From the NCBI RefSeq assembly GCF_001194135.2, contig NC_068982.1:57861686-57925685 (forward strand): 64,000 nt of DNA, read 5' to 3'. Made by a program: the position numbers and the translations under genes. This document shows, one piece after another, positions 24,788 through 38,620 of the stretch. The stretch is from Octopus bimaculoides (lineage: Eukaryota). Numbering within the stretch: position 1 is the first letter of the stretch; each line of letters opens with the position of its first letter. The notes below the pieces were generated by a model. The model saw only the letters and a list, made by a program, of their open reading frames with translations. It was not told the origin of the DNA and did no database searches.

Positions 24788-26859
24788 CTGACTGAAATGA
24801 GAAGGGGAAGTAATCTCAAAAATTCATTGGGATCATCATCATCATCATTTAATGTCTGTTTTCATTGCTGATATGGGCTGGACAGTTTGACAGGAGCTGA
24901 CCAGCTGAAGGGCTATTCAGGCTCCATGTCTGTTTTAGCATTATTTCTATGGCTGGATACCCTTCTTAATGCCAACAGATGAATCAACATGCCATTAAGG
25001 AAAAGACAATCTAACTGGCTGGAGACAAATAGACAACAAATATTTCTGCCTTAAAATGCATCATCAGCACAGCACAACTCTTGTTTTCTCTCTCTCTCAC
25101 ACACACACAAACATATATATCTAGAGATATATATCATCATCAATTAATGTTTACATTTCATGCAGGCATGGATTGAATGGTTTAGCAGGAACTGATGTGT
25201 CCAAGGACCATATTGAGTTCCAGTGTCTACTTTGGCATCGATTTAATGGCTAGATACCCTTCCTAATGCCAACCACTTTACAGTATGGACTGGGTGCTTT
25301 TTTCATGCTACCTGCACTGTTGAGGTCACTATCCAGTTTGCAGGACTACAAGCTCTGGGGGTTGTGGTGGTGAGTGAGGCGTCAGCCTCATGTTTGGGGA
25401 TAAGGGGATTACTATGAGAGAAGGGGAGGGGCAGGACAGGTTCTTGTAGAGGGACTTGCATGGTTACACACATTTGGTATATGAACAAGTAAAAAATGGG
25501 GAATGGCCAGCAGGGGTTACAAAGCATAATAGGTACAGGCTATCACAAATGACTTTAAATCAGCGACTGATTATTTTACAAATAATATTTCTGAAAATCC
25601 ATGAATATCCAAAGAGTTTATATAATTATTTACAAGGAGGATAGAGTGAACAAATGTTTTTATTACATAAATTTACAATTGTTTCATCAATATTCGATCT
25701 CAGTCATACAGATATATTACTATATAATATATACAACTATAGATTCCAGAAGTATCCTTATACTGATACAATCAAATGTCATTTCTTCAGAGTTATGCAT
25801 GAATTCCACTTACTGCCATAATTTGTATTATCAACAAAAAGACTCACTCACTCCATTCTCATTGGTTATGATTATATAAATTTTTCCCAACCCCACAGAA
25901 GTGGGGTTAGGAAAAATTTCTGGAACAAAAATATCTACTAGCTTCAAGAATATTACTAATTAGGAGATCATTGTTACTTAATGAAGATCATCAAGAAAAC
26001 TGGACTCGCTGTCATACAGATACATACACAATTATATTGCTAATAGATGAAAGAACATACATAACATAAATAAAAGAGTAATGGTGAGCTGATTAATGTG
26101 TTCATTTCCTGATCAATTGATTTACTAGAAAGAGCAGCTGGCAAATCTTCTTCAATTGACAACTCACTGTCTTAAACAGGAAGGACATGCTAAATGATGT
26201 AGTCTTCAGTAATCTTGCATCTTTCTGGAAAAGCAGACTGGCTACTAGCAACTGGAATGCATTTGGTCACTGATCGGCTGTACCAGAACTGACCAGTGGC
26301 AAACAACAACAACAACAGCAGCAAATGAAGAAGAAGAAGAAGAAGAAGAAGAAGAAGAGAGGAATGATCAAAGAAAACAAAAGTAAAGCAAATTCTAATT
26401 TTTAAATCCCACCCAAAATTGTCAACAAAATAGTAAATAAAAATAAAGACTTTATTTCCTGTATATTCAAAAATATCATGTTGTGAAGTACCTCTAAATT
26501 ACAAAAGTGGTTTCGGTGATGACTCATCATAATGCTGATGATGACAACAGATTGACATTGTTGTCATCATGACACTAAAATCTTCTTTCAGAAAGATCTG
26601 ACTTTGTAATTGTCATCAGACTAACGAAAACATTTCTTTTATTTTGATCTTTTTTTTTTAGGGGGTGGAGACGGAGAGGGTGTGACAGTAGGTCTTGAAG
26701 ACAGAGACTTTCTATTCAAGAGTCAGAGTTTGGCGCTATATAAGGCATGTAACTACATTGTCATGTCAAGAAAATTAGGTTCCCACCCCCAATAAAAATC
26801 TTCTCCAATTACTTACACTTTTTGTTTGTTTAGTTTCCATACATTTCTTTCTTTAATCT

Positions 26860-26906
<47 letters not shown>

Positions 26907-26939
26907 NNNNNNNNNNNNNNNNATGTATATATGTATGTA

Positions 26940-27000
<61 letters not shown>

Positions 27001-27355
27001 TTGGCCATGATGTTGACCATGGTAGTGATGGTGTTGGCGGTGGTATTTGTGGTGTTGGTGTCTCAATACAAAAACTCTGAAACATTTTCCTGTTTCTGTT
27101 TTTGCCCAATTAGCAAGCTAACCGATAATATAAAGAGTTCCACCTGAGGTAGTAAATACATGTATATGTGTGTGTGAGTGTGAGAGAGAGAGAGAGAGGA
27201 TAAGAACACAAGTATGCAATTTCTATGTATGTGTACACACGCACACACACACATATATATATACTCATAAACGCACATACACATATATGCATTGTGTGTG
27301 TTGCTGCATTTGATTATTTCTAAGTAAAAGGTGTCCCTAATCATATTGTCCTTAC

Positions 27356-27462
27356 TTTGTATTAATGTGTTCCCTAAAGGGCATTCCATTCATCAAATAA
27401 GAACAGCAGTACTTGACCAGTTCAGTCCCCAAATCAGGTAACCCTTTTCTTCTAGTGGGGCT
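27356..27462 (-). CDS. Coding exon D (phase 0 to 2): SPTRRKGLPDLGTELVKYCCSYLMNGMPFREHINT
   Basis: Acceptor cttttatttgtag, donor AAA|gtaagg, 107 nt; only one frame is open. Confidence 0.75.
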
Positions 27463-27794
27463 CTACAAATAAAAGGGTTGCTGTACACATAGATGTAACT
27501 ATTAGGAAACGACAGAGACAGGGAAAGAAAATTAGAGCGTGAGGTGAGAAGAAAGAGAGAGAGAGAGAGAGCATGAGAGAAAGAAAGAGATAAAGAGAGT
27601 GAATGATAATAAGCCAAATGATTAAACAGTATGCTCAGCTGGGAGGTTAGCCAGCTGTCTCCTGTCTCACTAAATTGGAATGTAACTGACTGACACACAT
27701 AAACCCAATAACACTGACCAATGAGCAACTTACAGTATGTTAGACTTGTGTACATCATACAAACATACACGCACACAAGCACATATACATACAC

Positions 27795-27871
<77 letters not shown>

Positions 27872-28650
27872 TGTATACACACACAGACAGAGGTATGTAT
27901 ACATTTAGAGATAGATGTGTATATGCATTCGTACATACATGTGCATATAGATACACATGTTCTAAACAAGGAAGTGGCAGCATGTTATATGTTGAAACAT
28001 TTTGAGTAGTCTCGAGACACTGGGTTTGTTATGAAGAAAGGAACACATGAAACTGTGAGGTTCAAGTCTGTAACTAGAGAGCATAAGTTAAACAAAAATG
28101 ACTTTCAGCAGAAAATGAAGTTGTTTCATACATGCAGCTTTCCTATGACCTCACCACTAACTATGCACTCCTATATATGTTGTTGTAGATGTTTGCAGGT
28201 ACATGACTCAGTGGTTAGGATATTCTGCTTATGATCATAAAGTCATGAGTTCAATTACCGGCAGTGTGTTGTGTCCTTGGGCAAGACACTTTATTTCATG
28301 TTGCTTCAGTTCACTCATCTGGCAAAAATGAGGTGTACCTTTCATTCAAAGGGGCAGCCTTTTCACAGTCTGCGTCATGCTGAATCTCTCTGAGAACTAT
28401 GTTAAGGGTACATGTGTCTGAAAAGTGCTCAGCTACTTGCACTTTGATTTAAGGTTCTGTGATGCAAATGGCCTAACCATTTGCAGTGCTGCTTCAGAAA
28501 ATTGGCCTGCTCCTTAGTCACCAACCACAAAAGTGAACATTTACTAAGATGGATGGTACTGATGCTGAAAGAAACTTCTGCTAGACATAGTGTTAGTGTA
28601 TTCCTAGGTGACATGTATGTTATGGAGGATATATATATATATATATATAT

Positions 28651-28683
<33 letters not shown>

Positions 28684-29720
28684 NNNNNNNNNNNNNNNNN
28701 NNNNNNNNNNNNNNNNNNNNNNNNNNNNNNNNNNNNNNNNNNNNNNNNNNNNNNNNNNNNNNNNNNNNNNNNNNNNNNNNNNNNNNNNNNNNNNNNNNNN
28801 NNNNNNNNNNNNNNNNNNNNNNNNNNNNNNNNNNNNNNNNNNNNNNNNNNNNNNNNNNNNNNNNNNNNNNNNNNNNNNNNNNNNNNNNNNNNNNNNNNNN
28901 NNNNNNNNNNNNNNNNNNNNNNNNNNNNNNNNNNNNNNNNNNNNNNNNNNNNNNNNNNNNNNNNNNNNNNNNNNNNNNNNNNNNNNNNNNNNNNNNNNNN
29001 NNNNNNNNNNNNNNNNNNNNNNNNNNNNNNNNNNNNNNNNNNNNNNNNNNNNNNNNNNNNNNNNNNNNNNNNNNNNNNNNNNNNNNNNNNNNNNNNNNNN
29101 NNNNNNNNNNNNNNNNNNNNNNNNNNNNNNNNNNNNNNNNNNNNNNNNNNNNNNNNNNNNNNNNNNNNNNNNNNNNNNNNNNNNNNNNNNNNNNNNNNNN
29201 NNNNNNNNNNNNNNNNNNNNNNNNNNNNNNNNNNNNNNNNNNNNNNNNNNNNNNNNNNNNNNNNNNNNNNNNNNNNNNNNNNNNNNNNNNNNNNNNNNNN
29301 NNNNNNNNNNNNNNNNNNNATATATATATGTATATATTTAAGTGCATGTCTTTGTGCCGGACCCCCTTCCCTCTCATTGCTTGACAACCGATGTTGGTGT
29401 GTTTATGTCCCTGTAACTTAGTGGTTTGGCAGAAGAGGCCGATAGAATAAGTACCAGGTTTACAAAAAGTAAGTCCAGGGCTCAATTTCTTCAACTAAAA
29501 GGTGGTGCTCCAGCATGGCCCCAGTCAAATGACTGAAACAAATAAAAGAATAAAAGAATATCAAACAGGATAACAGGATGTATCTATGAAATAATCTGCC
29601 AAAGACAGATCAGGAAATATTGGAACAAAGTGGGAAGCAAGCAACAATATCAGGCAGCGAGATATCGGGTTCATAGAATAGAGAAAATGAAGGTTAGAAG
29701 TGTACCAATGTTCTGTAATG

Positions 29721-29782
29721 AAAGACTCCTAGGTATGAGGTATTCAGATTTCAAAGACTCATAGGTATGAGGTATTCAGATT
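29721..29782. repeat. 30-bp direct duplication (period 32)
   Basis: aaagactc(c/a)taggtatgaggtattcagatt occurs twice. Similar short duplications lie at 35915-35968 and 45607-45653. Confidence 0.85.
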
Positions 29783-30011
29783 CAGTGTGTTAGTGTGAAA
29801 ATAAGATGTCACTTGGGGCAAGTGTATTCAAAATGACAATGTAGCACTTTACCGTCACTGACACCAAGAAGAAAGACATTTGGAAGTGTTATAAATAAAG
29901 ATGGAGGAATGAGGGAAATGTGTGGGACAAAGAGGGATTAACTACTCCATGTAGACTCAACAGAGGAAACAGCTACTGGAGTTGATAACTATATGGTTGA
30001 AATCACAATCA

Positions 30012-30400
30012 ACACTGTGTGTGTTGGCACTCCATTGCTTACGACGTCGAGGGTTTCAGTTGATCCGATCAACGGAACAGCCTGCTCGGGAAATTAACGT
30101 GCAAGTGGCTGAGCACTCCACAGACACGTGTACCCTTAACGTAGTTCTCGGGGATATTCAGCGTGACACAGTGTGACAAGGTTGACCCTTTGAATTACAG
30201 GCACAACAGAAACAGGAAGTAAGAGTGAGAGAAAGTTGTGGTGAAAGAGTACAGCAGGGTTCGCCACTATCCCCTGCCGGAGCCTTGTGGAGCTTTAGGT
30301 GATTTCGCTCAATAAACACTCACAACGCCCGGTCTAGGAATCGAAACCGTGATCATATGACCGCGAGTCTGCTGCCCTAACCACTGGGCCATTGCGCCTC
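30012..30400 (-). mobile_element. tRNA-derived SINE, family C, CpG-rich young copy
   Basis: Head ggaggcgcaatggcccagtggttag...gtttcgattcc; a decayed relative lies at 23745-24062. Confidence 0.75.
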
Positions 30401-30850
30401 CACACAATCAACACTATAACAGCAAGGATGGTCCATCAGGGATAGTTGCTGTTAGAATGTCCTACAAAGGACATGCATTGAAGTCACATAGCCATTCAGA
30501 TAGTACTGTTAGGGGTTCATATTGTAATCTCTGTTTCCATGTGATTCACATATATCTATCTTTCTATCTGCCATTATCATCATCATCATCATTGTCATTA
30601 ACTTTTTTAATGTGCATTTCTTACAAAGTGACTGGGTGGGATGGATCTTCAAAGTAGCTTCTTTACATTAATGCATATATTTTTTTTATTCTCTCAACAC
30701 TGAGATATTAAGAATCAATATTTTATAACAGATAAATATTGATTAATCAGAAATAGAAAAAAAAGACACAAAAATACATTTTAAGGGGAGAGAACCCTAA
30801 TCATTTAGATTATTTATATCTGCAGCAACAAGCTATTACTGGCTTATTAC

Positions 30851-30914
30851 CATGGAAACAATACCACCTTCGTGGCATGAAAATAAAAAAATACTATCTC
30901 CTAGTGAGGTATCT
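30851..30914 (-). CDS. Coding exon C (phase 2 to 0): (I)DTSLGDSIFLFSCHEGGIVSM
   Basis: Acceptor ctccggtttttgtag, donor ATG|gtaata, 64 nt; the only open frame exactly bridges the phases of B and D. Confidence 0.7.
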
Positions 30915-31107
30915 CTACAAAAACCGGAGACTTTCATGCAGTCTGTGAGGCATTTACATTGAGATGCTATACAAGTTATACAAGTGTTTAAAGTCTCTGT
31001 GTGTTTGGATAGAGATCTAAGTTTGTCTTTTAAACATTAGAGAATTAATTAGCCAAAGAGAGTAAAACACTCCAAAAGTCTTTGTTTATGGACACAGGTA
31101 CACAAAG

Positions 31108-31139
<32 letters not shown>

Positions 31140-31163
31140 GTTCATGTATGCATACAAATATGT

Positions 31164-31224
<61 letters not shown>

Positions 31225-31266
31225 TATATGCCACACACACACAAGTATATAAATAATACTTCACTT

Positions 31267-31780
31267 GTGTGCAAGAGAGAAGACTGCACTGGTTTGGTCA
31301 TGTGATGTCTATGGATGAGTACAGCTACGTAAAGAAGTGCTGAGCTCTAAATGTGGAGGGTACTTGTGGAAGGGGTAGACCTCCAGGAAGATACGAGATG
31401 AAGTGGTGAGAAAGGATCTTCAGATGCAGGGCCTCACTGAAGAAATGACAAGGGACCAAGGGATGGGGCAATTTGCTGTACTTGATAAGAATGTCAAGTT
31501 AAGTAAAATCGCTGTCATCCACACATACAGGCTTGTCCTTTCAGGTGCCAGGGTCACTTAACAAGCACTCGTGCTGGTGCTGCATTAACACACCTGTGCC
31601 GGTGCTGGTGGCACGTAAGATGCATCCAGCACACTCTGTTAAGTGGTTGGCATTAGGAAAGGCATCCAGCCATAGAAACCATACTACAACAGACAACTGG
31701 AGTTTGGACAGCTCCCAGCTGGCCAGTTCCATGTCAAACTGTTCAACCTATCACAGCATAGAAAGCTGATGTTAAACGAT
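31267..31780 (+). mobile_element. Decayed RTE LINE 3' end
   Basis: [38 protein letters not shown], followed by the same UTR as 57170-57800. Confidence 0.8.
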
Positions 31781-33135
31781 GATAATTACTTATACACCCC
31801 ACCATGTAACTTGAGGGTACAGCCCAACACAACTCTTTCTGCCTCTGCTATCTCTCTTTTTCCAGTTGAGGTAGCCAAGGATCTCCTCTACTGCAACACA
31901 CCTGCTGCCTTGTCTCTGTCTCACTGTCCTTTTATACCACAGACTGTCTTTCTGGAATTCTTGCTCAACATTCATCCTCCACTTTCTCCAACACCTAAAT
32001 GGTTCTTTCAAGTTTCTCTTTTATCTCATTCCATTTGCTGTAATTACCCACTGCTCCTCCACTGTTTTCATCCCACAGCATCTCTGCAACTGTCTTGCAC
32101 CTTTACAACCCCACCACATTGCTCTTAATCTCTGCAATATGCCTCTCTCCTCAGCCACTTTGGCTCTTTAGATGTTCTTCAACCCTACGTCTTTTTGTCA
32201 CTCATACCTTCTTTTTTACCACACCTTCTACCCACATTCTTCACCCTAATAACAGGAGAGCATGGACCCCCTAAACAAGCCACTCCATTAACCTTTCTTC
32301 TCCCTCTCTCTCTCTCTCTCTCTTTTGTTATCTCCTGACACAACTCTTTCCCTTTCTCTTTACCACCTTGCTTTCATTATGCCCTTCCCAACAGAGTCTA
32401 TTCTACTATTCTTTTTGCTACCACTTTTTCACAACAACAAATCGCTTCCTCCTCATCACTTCACTTAAAGTGCTCTCTTTCTCTCCAGCTTTATTTTCCT
32501 TTCTGTCATGATGGTTGTTCAGATTTGCCAATAATAAGGTGACCTCACTAGTGCTGGTGCAATGAAAATAACACTTTGTACATTCTATAACATAGTTAAC
32601 ATAAGTGGGGTATACAGCTGTAAAAACTATGCTCAAACTAACACATTGGAGCACAACACAGCCTTTGGACTGTCTAATCATTCAGTCATGCCATCATGGA
32701 AGGCAGGTGTAAAATAATAATGATGATAATGATGAAGATCAATAATTATATATGCATACTTTTTTTTGCACTAACCAGCAGTTGATAAGGTGGTCAATAT
32801 AAGAGTATGCCTCAGTAAATTCTGGCTGTTTTAGAATTTGTGGCAAAGCTAGCATCTATAAATATAAGTAACATTCTTTTTCTAATACCTCTGTCATCTG
32901 CTGATGAAGGCAAGGTATGTATATATAATTTTATATACATATTCCCACTAATAATGAGTCCAAGCCCATTAAAATGATATATAGAATATCTTATGATAAT
33001 TTTAATATATGTACTTAGATGTATTTTCCATGTGTCACTCTGCTTCAGCTACACATACAGTCACACACAAAATATATATACACATATACAAATATATATA
33101 TACACACACACACACACTCATATATGCCTACATGC

Positions 33136-33171
<36 letters not shown>

Positions 33172-33431
33172 GCAAGTTGATGAGTACCACATATCCCCCT
33201 CCATTTCCTTATTGCTATATANNNNNNNNNNNNNNNNNNNNNNNNNNNNNNNNNNNNNNNNNNNNNNNNNNNNNNNNNNNNNNNNNNNNNNNNNNNNNNN
33301 NNNNNNNNNNNNNNNNNNNNNNNNNNNNNNNNNNNNNNNNNNNNNNNNNNNNNNNNNNNNNNNNNNNNNNNNNNNNNNNNNNNNNNNNNNNNNNNNNNNN
33401 NNNNNNNNNNNNNNNNNNNNNNNNNNNNNNN

Positions 33432-33478
<47 letters not shown>

Positions 33479-33689
33479 CACACACACACACATATTTTGA
33501 CATCTGACATATGGCATACTTTTGCACCTATACAGGCAATGTCAATTTGACGGAGGGAGTGAGCTAATGTACAACATGTACATTTGACTACTATCAACAA
33601 ATCACTTGTGCAGATCTTTCAACAAAAACTGAACACCCACATGGTGCTTTCATCATATATACATGCATGTATGTATGTATGTATGTATG

Positions 33690-33728
<39 letters not shown>

Positions 33729-33734
33729 TACCTT

Positions 33735-34130
33735 TTTACTTGTTTCAGTCATTTGATTGCGGCCATGCTGGAGCACCACTTTTAGACAAACAAATTGACC
33801 CACGACTTAGTCTTTATAAGCCTAGTACTTATACTATCAGTTTTTTTTTGCTGAACCGCTAAGTTACGGGGACATAAACACACCAACATCGGTTGTCAAG
33901 TGATGATGGGGGGACAAACACAGACACAAACACACGTATATGTATATATATATGTATATATATATATATATATATGTATATGATGGGCTTCTTTCAGTTT
34001 CCATCTACCAACTCCACTTACAAGGTTTGGTTGGCCTGAGGCTATAGTAGAAAACACTTGTCTAAAGTGCCATGCAGTGGGACTGAACCCTGAGTAGTTA
34101 GGAAGAAAGCTTCTTACTACACAGCCATGC
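33735..34130 (-). mobile_element. SINE family A
   Basis: Matches family A; further copies at about 7470-7870, 50958-51322, 58620-58962 and 62385-62880. Confidence 0.75.
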
Positions 34131-34151
34131 CTATATATATGTATATATATA

Positions 34152-34480
34152 GCATGGCTCAGTGGTTAGATCGTTGGGCTCACAATCATGAGGTAGTGAG
34201 CTCGATTCCTGGACTGGGCTCTGTGTTGTGTGCTTGAGCAAGACACTTCATTTCACGTTGCTCCAGTTCATTCAGCTGTAGAAATGAGCTGCAATGTCAC
34301 TGGTTCTAAGCTGTATCGGCCTTTGCCTTTCCCTTGGATAACACCGGTGGCATAAAGAGGGGAGGCTGGTAAGCATGGGTGACTGCTGGTCTTCCATAAA
34401 ACAGCTTTGCCCGGACCTGTGCCTCAGAGGGGAACTTTCTAGGTGTAATCCCATGGTCATTCATGACCGAAGGAGGTCTT
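34152..34480 (+). mobile_element. tRNA-derived SINE related to family C
   Basis: gcatggctcagtggttag...ctcgattcc head; related copies at 28195-28460, 34960-35260 and 56555-56740. Confidence 0.7.
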
Positions 34481-34484
34481 TACT

Positions 34485-34537
<53 letters not shown>

Positions 34538-35295
34538 TACATACATACATATTATCATGATCATCACTTAATATCTATTTTCCATGCTGGTATGGGTTGG
34601 ATGACTTGACAGGAGCTGGCAAAGCCAGGGGTTGCACTAGGTTCCATAGTCTGTTCAGGCATGGTTTCTATAGTTGGATGCTCTTCCTAACACCAACTAC
34701 TTTATAGAGTATACTGGATACTCTTTACGTGACACCATCACCAGTGATTTTGACGTGGCACCAGCATCCACACCAATGCTTTTTATGCTCTAGGATCTCA
34801 ATTCCATTGTGGTGGGCAGGTCTTCTTGAGTACAGCAATGCACCACATATCTTGGTCCTCTGTTATCTCCTTTGTACAGCTCAGCTTTTGAGATCAGCCT
34901 TCAATAATTTGTCGCATGTTTCCTGGTTCTCCTTCTTCCATGTACATATATATACATTAAAGAATCCCTTCAGCCAAGAATGATGATGGGATTGCACCTA
35001 GAAAGTTTCCCTCTGAGGCAGAAGTCTGGGCAAGTTTATTTGTGGAAGAACAGCAGTTGCCCATGCATATCAGTCTCCCCTCTCCACGCCATCGATGTTA
35101 TCCAAAGGAAAGGCAAAGGTTGATTCAGCTTGGCACTAGTGACATTGCAGCTCATTTCTACAGCTGAGTGAACTGGAGCAGCATGAAATAAAGTGTCTCG
35201 GAATCGAACTCATCACCACATGATTGTAAGCCTCATGCTCTAATCACTGAGCCATGTGCCTTTACATATTCATACATATATACATATTTATACAC

Positions 35296-35349
<54 letters not shown>

Positions 35350-35436
35350 ATACATTCATATATATATACATACATATATATACNNNNNNNNNNCATACAT
35401 ATATATACATACATATACATACATACATATACATAC

Positions 35437-35477
<41 letters not shown>

Positions 35478-35679
35478 CATACATATGCATAGAAACATAT
35501 ATATACATACACACCGTGTGTGTACATATATATGTATAAGATATTCATTTCCATTGCCACACACCTTTGAATTGAAAATAATTGAGACCCGCATTCCAAT
35601 TCACTGTACACCATTATTCTCAACACCTTTCACAGACATACACACCTCATATGTCAGTTACCAGCTTATAACATCTTAC

Positions 35680-35759
35680 ATCTGTTTTTCATCACCATCT
35701 TGTACACAGGAAGAATATATTCTAGAAAATAATTCAGAGCACAGCACATTCACAAAAGT
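35680..35759 (-). CDS. Coding exon B (phase 0 to 2): TFVNVLCSELFSRIYSSCVQDGDEKQ
   Basis: Acceptor ctgtttttctgttacag, donor GAT|gtaaga, 80 nt; only one frame is open. Confidence 0.75.
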
Positions 35760-38020
35760 CTGTAACAGAAAAACAGGAATTATGTTTACTGTTCATTAGT
35801 TCATTTGACGATGAGATGTAGTACCCACAGCCTTCTTTCCCAGCTCTCCTAGAATGGGAAGGAGAGATAACTGGGTGACATGAATTCAATTTGAATGGAT
35901 GCAAAAGAAAAATAACTTTAGAAGGGAAGCCATTCTTTGATACTTTAGAAGGGAAGTCATTTTTTGATGCAGATTCGCCTCAGATCAGCCCCATACTAGT
36001 AGGCCTCTGTAGTAATTAAGGGCATTCCAGCTGTGATCACTACATTTTGTATATTTAGTGTGTCATTGTCATCATCATCATCCCTTAACATCTGTTTTCC
36101 ATGCTGACTAGGGTTGGACAATTTGACAAGAGCTGGTAGCTGGAGAGCAGCACCAGGTCCCAGTCTGATTTGGCTTGGCTTCTATGGTTGGATACTCTTC
36201 CTAATGCCAATCACTTTACAGTATATACTGTTTTTTTTTAAATGTGACACTGGCATGAGCACTTTTATGCGGCCCCAGTATGATTGCTTTTTATGTATCT
36301 AGAACTATACTGTCCAATGTACTTTTCCTTTTTCTTAAATGGCATTCATGACATTATACTTGAGGCTTAACATTTAGGGCTATATTACCCAATGTGGTGT
36401 TCCTTTTACTCAAACAGTAGGTTGTGATATGATGTAGATTTGACTGCTATTTCTAGTCAGATGAATTGCTATGTAGGGAAGCCCATCTTCAATACTGATG
36501 TAACAGTTAAGTGTAGCAGTATAATAGTTGTGGAGGCATGTGGCTTTGTGGTCAGGGTGTTGCACTCATGATTGTGATTTCAAATCCAGGATCAAACAAC
36601 GCATTAAGTTTGTGAGCAAAACACATAATTTCACATTACTCCAGTCCACCCAGCTGGCAAAAATGAGTATCCCTGTGACAGACAGGTGTCCCATCCAGGG
36701 AGGAATATACATACCACAAAAAACTGGTAAACTTGACTCAGAAAGGAGTCACATCATCTCTTTGTAATAGTTGTGGTTGTTATTCCAGTCTGCTAATCTA
36801 ATTCTTTTTGAGGAGGCAGGGGTGGATGGGTGTCAAAGTATGTCTAGGACTTTATTGACCATATATACACACACACTTTACTTCACACAAGGACACATAT
36901 AGAGACACATCCACACATATAGAGATGCACATCCATACATACAAACACGGTACATAGTTGCAAAACACACACACACACACTCAGACATGCACACACAAGG
37001 AGGCAGAGGTACACACACAAATATACAAACATGCACATACATACATAAAAACACACAAACACGGACATACAAACACATGAATATGTAGAATACATACATA
37101 CAAATATACACACATACATATATACATATGCACACACACACACACACATATATGCATACACACACATGCATACATACATACATGCATGTGTAGGCACACA
37201 CACACAACTAACCCACGCACATGTGCACAAACAAACAAAAAGGAACACAGTGTGAATAACGGACAGAGTCAAAACTATTGAAAAGGTTACAAGACGCAAC
37301 AAAAATTTTAGAAAAATATAAAAGAAATAAGTGGAAATTTTACTGGTGAGTGTGTTAAATTATAAGACACTAAAAGAGAATGACTCTCCCCAGACACAAC
37401 AGTATATATNNNNNNNNNNNNNNNNNNNNNNNNNNNNNNNNNNNNNNNNNNNNNNNNNNNNNNNNNNNNNNNNNNNNNNNNNNNNNNNNNNNNNNNNNNN
37501 NNNNNNNNNNNNNNNNNNNNNNNNNNNNNNNNNNNNNNNNNNNNNNNNNNNNNNNNNNNNNNNNNNNNNNNNNNNNNNNNNNNNNNNNNNNNNNNNNNNN
37601 NNNNNNNNNNNNNNNNNNNNNNNNNNNNNNNNNNNNNNNNNNNNNNNNNNNNNNNNNNNNNNNNNNNNNNNNNNNNNNNNNNNNNNNNNNNNNNNNNNNN
37701 NNNNNNNNNNNNNNNNNNNNNNNNNNNNNNNNNNNNNNNNNNNNNNNNNNNNNNNNNNNNNNNNNNNNNNNNNNNNNNNNNNNNNNNNNNNNNNNNNNNN
37801 NNNNNNNNNNNNNNNNNNNNNNNNNNNNNNNNNNNNNNNNNNNNNNNNNNNNNNNNNNNNNNNNNNNNNNNNNNNNNNNNNNNNNNNNNNNNNNNNNNNN
37901 NNNNNNNNNNNNNNNNNNNNNNNNNNNNNNNNNNNNNNNNNNNNNNNNNNNNNNNNNNNNNNNNNNNNNNNNNNNNNNNNNNNNNNNNNNNNNNNNNNNN
38001 NNNNNNNNNNNNNNNNNNNN

Positions 38021-38620
38021 GTAAGTAGCTTGCTTACCAACCACATGGTTCTGGGTTCAGTCCCACTGCGTGGCACCTTGGGCAAGTGTCTTCTACTATA
38101 GCCTCAGGCCGACCAAAGTCTTGTGAGTGGATTTAGTAGACGGAAACTGAAAGAAGCCTGTCGTATATATGCATATATACGGCGAGCTGGCAGAAACGTT
38201 AGTACGCCGGGCGAAATCCTTAGCGGTATGAGTTCTGAGTTCAAATTCTGCAGAGGTAGACTTTGCCTTTCATCCTTTTGGGGTCGATTAAATAAGTACC
38301 AGTTACGCACTGGGGTCGATGTAATCGACTTAATCCGTTTGTCTGTCCTTGTTTGTCCCTTCTGTGTGTAGCCCCTTGTGGGTAGTAAAGAAATAGTATA
38401 TATGCATATATATATGTGTGTGTATATGTTTGTGTGTCAGTGTTTGTCCCCCCAACATCACTTGACAACTGATGTTGGTGTGTTTACGGCCCTGTAACTT
38501 AGAGGTTTGGCAAAAGAGACCTATAGAATACATGCTAGGCTTACAAAGAATAAGTCCTGGGGTCGATTTGCAGTGCACCAGCATGGCCGCAGTCAAATGA
38601 CTGAAACAAGTAAAAGAATA
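38021..38620 (+). mobile_element. SINE family A host copy split by a family B SINE
   Basis: 5' half at 38021-38179, 3' half from 38396. Confidence 0.8.
38180..38395 (+). mobile_element. tRNA-derived SINE, family B, with a perfect 17-bp TSD
   Basis: Head ggcgagctggcagaaacgttag; gtatatatgcatatata occurs at 38163-38179 and again at 38396-38412. Confidence 0.9.

Noticed and set aside
26538-26570. 12-bp hairpin atgatgacaaca/tgttgtcatcat
   Set aside because: Built from (ATG)/(CAT) low-complexity sequence that is common in this window.
30847-30860. RFX X-box-like GTTTCCATGGTAAT
   Set aside because: It coincides with the end of exon C and its donor, and the last base departs from consensus; it is explained by coding and splice constraints.
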